A program made the position numbers and the translations under genes. From the NCBI GenBank assembly GCA_965219415.1, contig CBDCNP010000002.1, forward strand, positions 1,120,001 to 1,184,000: a stretch of DNA of 64,000 bases. The letters are read 5' to 3'. Under the pieces are notes generated by a model. The model saw only the letters and a list, made by a program, of their open reading frames with translations, searched no databases and was not told the DNA's origin. Shown here in pieces: positions 1 through 9,323 of this stretch. Each line of letters starts with the position of its first letter. Within the stretch, counting starts at the first letter, position 1. This stretch comes from Candidatus Marinacidobacterales bacterium. GTDB taxonomy: Bacteria > Acidobacteriota > Vicinamibacteria > Marinacidobacterales > DATDRI01.

Positions 1-1132
1 CCGCCTCGAATTGAAAACCGCGGCTCTCGAGCTCCTTGATCCTTTTCAAGAGGGCCTGCTCGTTGCCTTGGACCCGGAGCCCGAGATCCGCCGCGCCGAC
101 GCGCAGGTTCGCACAGCCGGAAAGCTCCGAAACCACGAAGCGACGCCCGTTGCCGACCTGCTCCGGAGGGAGATGTTCGTAGCTCGACTTGACTCGCTCG
201 ACCGCTGAGCCATGGATACCGCCTTTATGCGCGAAGGCCGAATAGCCGACGTAGGGCGCATAGGGATCGGGGCTCTGGTTCGCTATCTCGGCAACCGTGC
301 GAGAGAGATCGGTCAGACCCGCGAGGTTATCTTCGGGGACGCAGCTTCGCGCCATCTTGAGTTGCAGGGTGGGAAGCAACGAAACCAGGTTGGTGTTGCC
401 GCAGCGCTCGCCGTAGCCGTTGATTGTCCCCTGAACTTGAGTACAGCCGGCGTCGACGGCTGCCAAGGCGTTAGCCACCGCAAGCTCACCGTCGTTGTGA
501 GTGTGAATGCCGAGTGGAGTGGAAACCTGCGTGTGGACTGCGGCAACGACTTCGCCGATCCAGCTCGGGAGGCTGCCTCCGTTGGTGTCGCAAAGGACGA
601 TCCAATCGGCACCCGCGTCGGCCGCGACCCTGACGGTCTCGAGCGCATACTCGGAGTCGGCTTTGTAACCGTCGAAGAAGTGCTCGGCATCGTAGACGAC
701 CTCACGGCCATGCGCATTCATCCAGCGCACGCTATCGGCAATCATGGTCAGATTTTCGTCGAGCGTCGTTCTCAAGACATTCGTTACGTGAAGTGTCCAC
801 GACTTACCAACCAGTGCTACGGTCGGGGTCGCGGCCTCGAGCAAGGCCTGCAGATTGGCGTCTCCGTCGGGTGTCCGGCCCGCCCGTCGTGTACTCCCGA
901 AGGCCACGACTTTGGCCTGACTGAGGCTCGCCCCTCGCATCCGGCGAAAGAACTCGACGTCTTTGGGGTTCGAACCGGGCCAGCCACCCTCGATGTAGTG
1001 AATACCGAAATCATCCAACAGGCGCGCGATAGTCAGCTTGTCTTCGACGGACAGGCTGATCCCCTCGCCCTGCGTGCCGTCGCGTAAGGTGGTGTCGTAG
1101 AGTCGAACCTGGTTGTCTTTTATTTCAGGCAT
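1..1132 (-). CDS. cimA: Citramalate synthase (DRE-TIM, LeuA/CimA family), 3' end runs off the window
   Basis: Manual minus-strand translation from ATG 1132: MPEIKDNQVRLYDTTLRDGTQGEGISLSVEDKLTIARLLDDFGIHYIEGGWPGSNPKD, the CimA-type N-terminus. GGAG RBS at 1142-1139. Absent from the ORF track because there is no stop in the window. Confidence 0.9.
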   Translation of the reverse strand, partial: MPEIKDNQVRLYDTTLRDGTQGEGISLSVEDKLTIARLLDDFGIHYIEGGWPGSNPKDVEFFRRMRGASLSQAKVVAFGSTRRAGRTPDGDANLQALLEAATPTVALVGKSWTLHVTNVLRTTLDENLTMIADSVRWMNAHGREVVYDAEHFFDGYKADSEYALETVRVAADAGADWIVLCDTNGGSLPSWIGEVVAAVHTQVSTPLGIHTHNDGELAVANALAAVDAGCTQVQGTINGYGERCGNTNLVSLLPTLQLKMARSCVPEDNLAGLTDLSRTVAEIANQSPDPYAPYVGYSAFAHKGGIHGSAVERVKSSYEHLPPEQVGNGRRFVVSELSGCANLRVGAADLGLRVQGNEQALLKRIKELESRGFQFEA

Positions 1133-1146
1133 TTTGGTCTCCAAAC

Positions 1147-1188
1147 AAAAAAAAGGCCCCGCACCCCATCGTGGGGTGCGGGGCCTTT
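1147..1188 (-). terminator. Intrinsic terminator of the cimA attenuator
   Basis: Perfect 17-bp stem (1188-1172 pairs with 1168-1152), 3-nt loop, U-tract (A-run 1147-1154 on +). It lies just upstream of the cimA RBS. Confidence 0.9.
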
Positions 1189-1196
1189 GCTTCCAA

Positions 1197-1310
1197 CTAG
1201 TTGGGTGGCCCGCACCCTTCGGTAATGACGATGATGCTGATGTGCAGGCTACCGAAAATGCGCAAACTTCTAGACCAGACGGCGTTACTCCTGGGCCGTT
1301 GGCCAGTCAT
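1197..1310 (-). CDS. Ile-rich attenuator leader peptide (37 aa)
   Basis: MTGQRPRSNAVWSRSLRIFGSLHISIIVITEGCGPPN*. I-S-I-I-V-I at 1241-1224. GGGTGCGGGCC (1217-1207) is complementary to the terminator 5' arm. Confidence 0.8.
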   Translation of the reverse strand: MTGQRPRSNAVWSRSLRIFGSLHISIIVITEGCGPPN

Positions 1311-1316
1311 GACTCG

Positions 1317-1345
1317 AGCCTACCGGGCGCGAGACGACCTGTCAA
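1317..1345 (-). promoter_or_regulatory. Sigma70 promoter for the leader-cimA transcript
   Basis: TTGACA (1345-1340), 17-nt spacer, TAGGCT (1322-1317), then 6 nt and the leader ATG at 1310. Confidence 0.8.
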
Positions 1346-1353
1346 ATCTTTCT

Positions 1354-1641
1354 CTATTCGTCCCCAGATCCTGAGGAATCGGAGGCGTCCGGTGGGCAGC
1401 ACCGTTCCAAATCCATTCCGACGCGAGTCACGACCGTTGGCACCGTGATCCCGACCACTGCAGAGGCGATGGCCAGGATCCCGCCAGCCAACAGGCCGGT
1501 TATGACCATCGCCACTTTTGCACCGCTCGATAGATCTCCACCATATGCTAAGACCACCCATGGCAACCCTAGCGAGATGGCGACCCCTCCCAGAACTCCG
1601 AGTGCGGCCAGCCAACGTGGAAAACGCATCTCATTCATCAT
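1354..1641 (-). CDS. Small two-TM membrane protein downstream of ECF sigma factor (possible anti-sigma or partner)
   Basis: AAGGAG RBS, two hydrophobic segments, start overlaps the sigma 3' end. Confidence 0.6.
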   Translation of the reverse strand: MMNEMRFPRWLAALGVLGGVAISLGLPWVVLAYGGDLSSGAKVAMVITGLLAGGILAIASAVVGITVPTVVTRVGMDLERCCPPDASDSSGSGDE

Positions 1642-2126
1642 GCTCTCCTTTTTCTGCAGCAGGCCGGAGCAACCGCTGCAAGTTAGCCAACGCATAGCGG
1701 CTTCGGCTGGCCGCGGTGTTCATCGAAATCGACAAACTCTTGCCGATCTCGGCGAACGTAAGACCCAGGTAGAACCTCAGCCGGATGACCGACTGTTGGG
1801 CCGGGGGAAGTCCCTCCAGGGCCTGCTCGACTTCAAATGCGTCGAGCCGGTTCTCCACTCTCAGCTCGGGCACCGAATCCAACGAAACGATCGCCCGACG
1901 CCGAGACCGGCGCTTCACGGCATTACAGTCCACCGCCCGAGAGATGTAGGCGTCGAGACGCCGGATATCCCGTTTCTGTGCCAACACCGCCAAAAGCGTT
2001 TCCCTGGACCACGTCTTCTGCTTCCTCGTGGCTGCGCAGGATCCGGAAGGCCTGCCTCACCCAACGGCTGCGCCGGCCTCGAACCCATTGCGCGAGCCCA
2101 TCGCCGTGTAGCTCCAAATCCGTCAC
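1631..2126 (-). pseudogene. ECF sigma factor with one frameshift (mutation or sequencing error)
   Basis: Region 2 (AFRILRSHEEAEDVVQ) and region 4 (LPPAQQSVIRLRFYLGLTFAEIGKSLSISMNTAASR) are in different frames. Removing one G from CAGGGAAAC (~2003) restores VVQETLLAVL. Confidence 0.8.
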
Positions 2127-2264
2127 CTATGGGCCTCTATATATATAGATCCGCGGCCCGGCGGTTTTTGTCTAACCGTAGAAGAATTTTTTCGACCGGA
2201 GCGGACGGTCCGCCTTGTCAGGTCCGGGCAAGCAACGTGGGTTGGAAGGCAAGTTTAGGGGTCA

Positions 2265-3236
2265 TCAATTCTCTACGTTCCGGGATTCACTTTTGCGGTG
2301 AATGCAATCCGCCAATAGGCAGAGCTCTTCAAACATGATGTTCGCAGCCACCAAAGCTGTGTTGCCGGTTGGATCCAAGGGAGGTGCGATTTCATTGATA
2401 TCGGCGCCGATCAGACTCAACCCATACATCCCTCTTAGCAACAACTGGGCATCGCGCGTCGTTAGACCGCCTATCTCCAGGCCGCCGGTTCCCGGCGCAT
2501 AGGCCGGGTCCAACACATCCATGTCGAACGTCAGGTAAACGGGTTCGTCGGCGAGAATACTGCGAGCCTTCTCGATCACTTTCTCGACACCCAGCTCAAA
2601 AAAGTCGTCGGTGCTAATAATGGTTACGCCTTGCTCATACGCCCAGTCATGCTCGCCGGCTTCAAACAGTGTGCCGCGAATACCAATCTGTACCGCACGC
2701 CGTGGGTCAATCAATCTTTCTTCAATTGCACGTCGAAACGGCGTGCCATTGGCAAATTCTTTCCCGAGCATGCGATCCATGGTGTCTGAATGCGCGTCAA
2801 TCTGAAGTAGGCCAACCGGACGATCTTTGGCCACTGCACGTAGCACCGGTAGTGAAATCGTATGGTCACCACCAACCGCCAGTGGCACAGCACCGTTTGC
2901 GACAATGTCCTCAAAGAAAGCTTGAATACTCTCGAGGCTAGCTTCAATATCCAACGAATTTACTGGCGCATCACCCACATCAGCAATCTTACAAAGCTCG
3001 AACGGCGCAACTTTGGTGCTGTAATTGAGTTGTTTGATCAGGCGGGACATTTCACGGACTTGTGCGGGTCCGTGCCGGGCTCCAGAGCGAAAGGATGAAC
3101 CTAAGTCAAAAGGTACGCCGGCCAGGGCGATATCGAGCCCCGCAGCATTCGCTTTTTGGACGGCCCGGAGAAACGTGGCGACATTGGCAAACCGCGGGAC
3201 TCGATTGACATCGTGCTGACCATGCTCGCCGGCCAC
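2265..3236 (-). CDS. Ureohydrolase (agmatinase/guanidinopropionase-like)
   Basis: GVPFD, GARHGP, GGDHT, DAHSD and DMDVLDP motifs. Likely GTG start at 3236 overlapping the upstream TAG (TAGTG). Confidence 0.9.
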   Translation of the reverse strand: MAGEHGQHDVNRVPRFANVATFLRAVQKANAAGLDIALAGVPFDLGSSFRSGARHGPAQVREMSRLIKQLNYSTKVAPFELCKIADVGDAPVNSLDIEASLESIQAFFEDIVANGAVPLAVGGDHTISLPVLRAVAKDRPVGLLQIDAHSDTMDRMLGKEFANGTPFRRAIEERLIDPRRAVQIGIRGTLFEAGEHDWAYEQGVTIISTDDFFELGVEKVIEKARSILADEPVYLTFDMDVLDPAYAPGTGGLEIGGLTTRDAQLLLRGMYGLSLIGADINEIAPPLDPTGNTALVAANIMFEELCLLADCIHRKSESRNVEN

Positions 3237-6200
3237 TAGTTCGCGTCCTGGGGATCTTTCCCCTGCCAGTATGTCTTGGGGAGTTTTCGCTGGACGGGCC
3301 ACAGCATGTCGAGCGTGTCGGCGTCGTAGAGCAGTCCGTTCTTCATCACGTAGCGGAGCGATGTCGTGTTCTGGATATCTTCCAGAGGATCCTTGTCCAG
3401 CACCACCAGGTCCGCCAACTTCCCTTCCGAGATCGATCCGAGATCCTGCTCGAATCCAATACCCTGGGCTCCGAAGATGGTTGCCGCCTTGAGCGCGTCC
3501 ATTTCCTTCATGCCGCCCGATTGGATATTCCAGAGCTCCCAATGAAACGAGATGCCCTGCATCTCCCCGTGGCTGCCAACCGTCACTTTGCCGCCGGCCT
3601 CGACGATCTTCTTCAAGTCCTTCGCGTGCTCCTCATAGTAGAACTCCCCGTCGTGAAACCAAGGTAGGCGCCTCGTGGCGCGATCCAACAAGTCGTGAGG
3701 CGTGAAACGCCGGACCTTCGGATCATCGTGAACGTCGGTTCGGGTCCACCAGTAGTACTCGGGCCGGGGACCGGTGCTGACAATCAGCGTAGGATCGTAG
3801 AATGTGCCCGACTGCGCGACGAGCTCGACCACATCCTTGGACAATGGGAAATGAGGCAGCAGATGCTCGAGCGAGTAGCCATCCATCACCTGCGTGATCA
3901 TCGTCTTCATATCGATGCCTTCGGTAGTCGGGGTCGCGCGGAGCCGGCGTGACGCCATGCTCATCCATTGCCGCACGGTGCGGTCGCCGGTGAGGTACAT
4001 CTTGATCGTGTTGTGACCATAGTACTGGCGGTAACGCTCAACGACTCGGACTGCATCTTCTAGAGACCGGATGCCATTATCGGCAAGAATGGGAGGTCCG
4101 GTGGAAAAGATCCGTGGCCCCAAGAAATCCCCCATCTCGACCAGACAGCTGTACGTGAGATTGTCGGTCGGATCGGCGGCGTTTCTCGTCGTTGTGACAC
4201 CGAAAGCGAGGTAGTTGAGATAGTCCCACGCCATGTTGCGATGCATGCCGCGCTCCGCGCGCAGGTGGGCGTGGAGATCCACGAAGCCCGGAAGGATGGT
4301 CTTGCCGGCGATATCGATTTCTCGAGCACCGGTTGGAGTCTCGATCTCCGTGCTCGGCCCGACCCGCTGGATACGGTTGTCGACCACCACCACCGCACCG
4401 TTCTCGATGATGCCATCGGCTGCTCGGCCAGGCTCCATCGTTAGCAAGCGACCGCCACGGAGAACGATGGTTCCCTCGCCTTTGAAGCGAGGAAACTGTA
4501 ACTCGACTCGCGACTCTTTCGGTTCATAGTCGGTGCCCCCAACAGCACCGGCGAATCGATACTGAAAGAGCGTGCTGCCGAGCGACCACGTCGCTTCCGC
4601 GCCTGCGGCACCCCAGCTCATGAACTCGGCACCCAAGACGCTCAGCTTCTCAATCGATGGATCGTCCGATTGCACCGAGACCGTCTGTTCCTCATCCTCT
4701 TCTGACAGCGCGACCCGATACACGTTCCAATCCGCATAAACCAAGGCGTGCCTGCCATCGGGCCCCATGACCACTTGCTCGGCGGGCTGCGGCCCACCCG
4801 GGCCAAGAGGCGGTCGCATTCCCGTGACACGCAAATGAGCGCGACGGTCGTTGCCATCCAACCCGATCGACACCAGACCCTCCTCACCTTCGTAAACGTA
4901 GAACCGGTCGTCGCTCGGACCGAAATGAGGGCGCGAGCCCGAGACGGGTGCCACCGCCGTTGCTTCTCCGCCGCTAGCCGGGATCCGAACCCACTCCATG
5001 TTCTCGCCGCGTTGCTGCCAGGGTCCCTTGGCGACGAGAATTTCTTGATCCCCAGGCACCCAGACCGGATCGGTATAGAACGCACTGACCCCACTCAATC
5101 GCTCCAACGAGCTGCCATCGGAAGCCACTTTGAGAAGCTCCCCTCCCTCGAAATCAGACCAGCTCACAAACGCGATCCACCGGCCGTCGTGGCTCCAGGT
5201 CGGCGCCGCCTGGACGTCTTTCATCTCCGCTATCCGATCGATGCGACCGCTGGCTAGATCCATGACATAGAGGCGGTGCACCGCGGTGAATACCAACTTC
5301 GCGCCATCGGGAGAGACCGAGGGCCATCGGATCTGTCGGAGCTCGATCGGCCCATCGGGAACGCGCTCCTTGAAGTGAATGACGGGTTCGATATCGAGCG
5401 CGACGTCTACCTCGAAAGGGATCTCGGTCCTTTGGCCCGATGGAGCGTCAATTCGATAGATCTTTCCATCAATCGACGTAATGATGGCTTCGCTATCCGG
5501 AGTAAAGGCGTAGGCAGGCATATGGTCCGAAGAAGTTCCCATCCAAGTGTTCTCTTGAAGATCGTGTTGCACTGGGAAGCTCAGCCACTCTTCGGTGCCG
5601 TTAGCTAGCCGGCGCAAGCGGTAACCAGTCTGACCGTCGTGCCTGGATGCATAGACCATGAAACGACCGTCGGGCGAGAGAGCCGGCCTCACCGCACCGC
5701 CTACCCGGCCAACGACCGGCCGCATTTCACCCGTCTCCAGATCGTAGCGGTCGATCCGATGCCCGAAGGCATCGTCGTCGTAGCCTCCCGGTTCGCGGTG
5801 CGCCATGTACAAGTAGCCATCCGGACCAAAGGCCGATCCCATGCCGTATATCGGTGCGCCATTGGCCGATAACTCGACGCCGTCCTCGCCGTCCAAGAGA
5901 TGGATCCACAAAGTGTGATTGGCGTCGATCCAGGTGAACCGATCGGTTTTCGATGCCCCCACGTACTTCCCATCTGGGCTCCACGCGGGCGACGCGTAGG
6001 AAGCGTCCTTGCCCCGGGTGACCGCATATAGTCCCGATGCGGTGGACGCTTCGGTCGAGTCGTCGATGGACTTGTCGAGCTCGACCGTCCAAAGATTCTC
6101 CGAGCCGCTTCGGTCGCTTACGAAGAGAATCCGGTCGCCATCGGGAGAAAAACGTGGCTGCGTGTCGAGAGCCATCCCGCTGGTGATCCTTTGCGCTTTT

Positions 6201-6421
6201 CCACCCGTAATGGGCAGGATGTAGAGATCTCCGAGAACCTCGAACACGATCGTGCGGCCGTCGGGAGACACGTCTAGTGACATCCAAGTCACTTCGTCGG
6301 TGGTGAACTCGATCCGCTGTGAGGGTTTCAAGGGGAGCGGCTCATCGCCCGAGCCCTGGAGTGGAATCGCCGGGGCGGTTGCTGCGACGAGAATCGAAAT
6401 CAAGCAAAAATTGGAGGGCAC
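3236..6421 (-). CDS. Secreted amidohydrolase with N-terminal TolB/PD40 beta-propellers
   Basis: Signal peptide, repeated SPDG/PxWSPDG motifs, PGFVDLHAH, GSISEGKLADLVVL. Confidence 0.9.
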   Translation of the reverse strand: MPSNFCLISILVAATAPAIPLQGSGDEPLPLKPSQRIEFTTDEVTWMSLDVSPDGRTIVFEVLGDLYILPITGGKAQRITSGMALDTQPRFSPDGDRILFVSDRSGSENLWTVELDKSIDDSTEASTASGLYAVTRGKDASYASPAWSPDGKYVGASKTDRFTWIDANHTLWIHLLDGEDGVELSANGAPIYGMGSAFGPDGYLYMAHREPGGYDDDAFGHRIDRYDLETGEMRPVVGRVGGAVRPALSPDGRFMVYASRHDGQTGYRLRRLANGTEEWLSFPVQHDLQENTWMGTSSDHMPAYAFTPDSEAIITSIDGKIYRIDAPSGQRTEIPFEVDVALDIEPVIHFKERVPDGPIELRQIRWPSVSPDGAKLVFTAVHRLYVMDLASGRIDRIAEMKDVQAAPTWSHDGRWIAFVSWSDFEGGELLKVASDGSSLERLSGVSAFYTDPVWVPGDQEILVAKGPWQQRGENMEWVRIPASGGEATAVAPVSGSRPHFGPSDDRFYVYEGEEGLVSIGLDGNDRRAHLRVTGMRPPLGPGGPQPAEQVVMGPDGRHALVYADWNVYRVALSEEDEEQTVSVQSDDPSIEKLSVLGAEFMSWGAAGAEATWSLGSTLFQYRFAGAVGGTDYEPKESRVELQFPRFKGEGTIVLRGGRLLTMEPGRAADGIIENGAVVVVDNRIQRVGPSTEIETPTGAREIDIAGKTILPGFVDLHAHLRAERGMHRNMAWDYLNYLAFGVTTTRNAADPTDNLTYSCLVEMGDFLGPRIFSTGPPILADNGIRSLEDAVRVVERYRQYYGHNTIKMYLTGDRTVRQWMSMASRRLRATPTTEGIDMKTMITQVMDGYSLEHLLPHFPLSKDVVELVAQSGTFYDPTLIVSTGPRPEYYWWTRTDVHDDPKVRRFTPHDLLDRATRRLPWFHDGEFYYEEHAKDLKKIVEAGGKVTVGSHGEMQGISFHWELWNIQSGGMKEMDALKAATIFGAQGIGFEQDLGSISEGKLADLVVLDKDPLEDIQNTTSLRYVMKNGLLYDADTLDMLWPVQRKLPKTYWQGKDPQDAN

Positions 6422-6454
6422 TGGGACTAGATCCTTTCCGCTCCAAGCTCGAGC

Positions 6455-7816
6455 TTAGTGGATCAGATGAATTCTCTCATTTGGCGGTTGAATCCATTCA
6501 ACACCACGGCTGGTGACCGCCTGAACATTGGAAATATTGATGGAGACTGGAAAACCGGGTCTTTCCGGAAGGTTGGTATGGACCATATATTCGAAAGCTA
6601 GAATGTGATTCTCCTGAATCACCAGGTGGTCCCGGTCCCGCCGAAATGGTGCCATAGAGGGCCCGACCGTCACCAGAGAGCCGCCATTATTGCCTTGAAC
6701 GTGAAGATCGACGGAAAACCCGGATTCGTCCGTATTCGCGAGCGCCTTTTGAATCATCGGATGGTCGACGGAGTGATCGTCGGTAAAAGGTGTGTAGATA
6801 TAGCCCGCCTCTTCCATCGACGTGATCATGGCGCTCAAACTCTCGCCGGCCGTGGCGCCGACTCGTACCGCCGGCCTCATGATCCATTGACCCTTTATCG
6901 CCTTATCAAAGGCTTGCTGTATGCTCTCGGGAGCACTCGACTCTCCTTCTCTCAAAATGTAAGCGTGGTACTTCGTATCCACGCCAAAAGAAGAAAACCC
7001 GAAGTCCATCCAGTTGGATCGGTCATTCACGTAGAAAAAATCGCCACGCTGCAATGTGTAGTGAGGGGACTCTATCTCGGAGAGCTCTGAAACAGCGGAA
7101 TAGTACATTTGACCACCAGGAAGATCTCCCAACGCCGTCACACCCGGCTTGACACTATTGATGGCTTTCAGCGCGTTCTGGCGAGCTATTTCTATGGTGT
7201 TGGCCTGTACCACGATCTCCCTAAGGATCCTTCTGGAACGGAAGTCGGTGATGAGATTCTCTGCGGAAACAATCCTCTTGGAGTATGTCGGCCCCAAGAT
7301 TTTCTGCAGCTTCACGTATTGGGAATAGGAAATCCCATCTGCAACGGCAAGCCAGTCTGAGTAGTTGACGGCGATCGTTTTCGGATCGCGTTCGGCAACG
7401 AATTCCTTGATTTCGTCGTAGACCGCGGGATATACTTTCCCGTAGTCATACCCGGCAACGGCGCGAGCAAGCTCGAGCGAGCCGCGTACGTCGATGTTTT
7501 CAACGCCACCACCACGGGTAAAGATGCCGCCAAACATCGCCCGCTCAATCCTGTCTCCCAGGTCAGTAAAGATTAAAAACCCGTCCACCCTTCCAAATTC
7601 ATATTCCAATGCATCCGGGTCACCGTGACGAGCGACATAAATCCACATGTCCACGTTATTGTCGCGCATGGCACCGGGCAGAACGAGGTCGAGCTTGTCG
7701 TTCCTTATCTGACGGAGAACCGTCCGGGCGTCCGGCCTATAGACATCTGGCTGTGCGGCGACCGAAGTGGCTGTGAGAAAAACAAAAATAAGACAGATTG
7801 TGGCTCTAAAGAGCAT
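6455..7816 (-). CDS. Secreted M24 (Xaa-Pro aminopeptidase-like) paralog 1
   Basis: Signal peptide; family blocks LPGAMRDNNVDMWI, FTDxGDRIER, DGIS, YILREGE, GVEWIQPP. Confidence 0.8.
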   Translation of the reverse strand: MLFRATICLIFVFLTATSVAAQPDVYRPDARTVLRQIRNDKLDLVLPGAMRDNNVDMWIYVARHGDPDALEYEFGRVDGFLIFTDLGDRIERAMFGGIFTRGGGVENIDVRGSLELARAVAGYDYGKVYPAVYDEIKEFVAERDPKTIAVNYSDWLAVADGISYSQYVKLQKILGPTYSKRIVSAENLITDFRSRRILREIVVQANTIEIARQNALKAINSVKPGVTALGDLPGGQMYYSAVSELSEIESPHYTLQRGDFFYVNDRSNWMDFGFSSFGVDTKYHAYILREGESSAPESIQQAFDKAIKGQWIMRPAVRVGATAGESLSAMITSMEEAGYIYTPFTDDHSVDHPMIQKALANTDESGFSVDLHVQGNNGGSLVTVGPSMAPFRRDRDHLVIQENHILAFEYMVHTNLPERPGFPVSINISNVQAVTSRGVEWIQPPNERIHLIH

Positions 7817-7978
7817 GACTTCACCTCGTGGGCGATATTTTCACCCAAAGCAGTTCGCTGAGGGTGCCGCGATGTTACTGAGAGACTTACCAAAGAAGCA
7901 AGTGGTGGGTGCAAAGTGATTTCTTTTCTTTCGCGACCCACTCGTGCTAGGCTCATCGCCCGACGGGGAGGACAGTTG

Positions 7979-9310
7979 ATGATGAACCATAACCTCGTAG
8001 GAAGCCTTGTCTTCTTCTCACTGGTGACGGTAAACGCCGCTCAATCCCAGGACTACTCCATCGAGCCCGCGGGCGACGTCCACAACGTCCTGCCGCTCTG
8101 GGAACAGGCGAAGGTCATGGAGAGTCAGCTCCGCCAGCGCAAAGAGACCGTGCTTCCCGAAGTCATGAGAAGCGCCGGGGTGGACATGTGGCTCGTCTCG
8201 CGGGATCAGCGGCTGCTCTACCTCTCATTGGTGACCGCCGACGACGAAGGCCTGGTCTCGCATCGACCGGATGTACTCGTCTTCTACGATCGGGGCGATG
8301 ACCAGGATATCGAAGCCTTGGAAGAGGACCGCGACCGGCTTGAGAGTATCGTTCGTTCGCGCAATCCGAAGAGAATCGCAGTGAGCAACGAGGCGCGGCA
8401 GCGGTTGGCCTCGCTGGTAGGAGTTCCGTTCGGCAATCGAATGATCTCTTCCGCTGAGCTACGAGACGCGTTCCTCGAAATCCGAAGCAACGAAGAAATG
8501 AGCCTCTTCGAGTACGTCGCTCGTCTCGCCTATGAAATCATTGCCGAGGCTTTCTCGAATGAAACGATTATCCCGGACGTTACCACTACCGACCAGCTCA
8601 ACTGGTGGATTCGGCAAAGGTACCGAGCCCTCGGACTCTTGACCAGCGACCATCCCACGATCACCGTCCAGCGGAGCAGTCTGGAGAGGCCGAAGTACTC
8701 GGAGAGTGACGAGCATTTTCGGATCGACATACCTCCTCGCAATGGATACAACACCGTCATCCGGCGAGGAGACCTCATCTTCTGCGACACAGGCATCGAC
8801 TATCTCGGAGTGGGAACCGACACCCAGCAGGTCGCATACATTCTGAAACATGACGAGACAGAAGCCCCTCCCGGATTGCGGCAAGCCCTACGCAACACGA
8901 ACCGACTGGAGGAGCTCTTCGCCGCGGAGTTCGCAGAGGGCCGCCGGTCGAACGACGTGGTTCTCGCAGCGCTTCAAAAGGCCCGAGCCGACGGCTTGCG
9001 CGCCGAGATCTACAGTCATCCCTTGCCCCACTTCCTGATGCGCTATTCACTGAACGGAGGGTTCTACTCTGGAACCCGTCATTTCGTTGGGCCGGAGCTG
9101 GGCGGTGATGGGGATCGCGACCCAGAACCGGGCGGCGGCTCTCCCATCTTGAGGAATACGGTCTACGCCATGGAGCTCGATACCAAGACTTCGGTGCCGG
9201 AGTGGGGTGGACAAGATGTCCGCATCGTGCTCGAACATAACGTCGCCTTCACGCGAGGCGAGCTCGTTTTTCTGGGAGGCCGGGAGACGGAGTACTACCT
9301 GATTAAGTGA
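7979..9310 (+). CDS. Secreted M24-like paralog 2
   Basis: GGGGAGG RBS, signal peptide; PDVTTT, FCDTG..TDTQQ, YSHP, AMEL, VLEH ligand positions. Confidence 0.85.
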   Translation: MMNHNLVGSLVFFSLVTVNAAQSQDYSIEPAGDVHNVLPLWEQAKVMESQLRQRKETVLPEVMRSAGVDMWLVSRDQRLLYLSLVTADDEGLVSHRPDVLVFYDRGDDQDIEALEEDRDRLESIVRSRNPKRIAVSNEARQRLASLVGVPFGNRMISSAELRDAFLEIRSNEEMSLFEYVARLAYEIIAEAFSNETIIPDVTTTDQLNWWIRQRYRALGLLTSDHPTITVQRSSLERPKYSESDEHFRIDIPPRNGYNTVIRRGDLIFCDTGIDYLGVGTDTQQVAYILKHDETEAPPGLRQALRNTNRLEELFAAEFAEGRRSNDVVLAALQKARADGLRAEIYSHPLPHFLMRYSLNGGFYSGTRHFVGPELGGDGDRDPEPGGGSPILRNTVYAMELDTKTSVPEWGGQDVRIVLEHNVAFTRGELVFLGGRETEYYLIK

Positions 9311-9323
9311 AAGGGAACGACGA

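Noticed and set aside
212-1087. 291-aa plus-strand ORF
   Set aside because: Antisense shadow of cimA, which has clear motifs and an RBS on the minus strand.
3237-3542. Long N-terminal extension of the ureohydrolase ORF
   Set aside because: It overlaps the amidohydrolase C-terminus; the coupled GTG at 3236 gives a normal-length protein.
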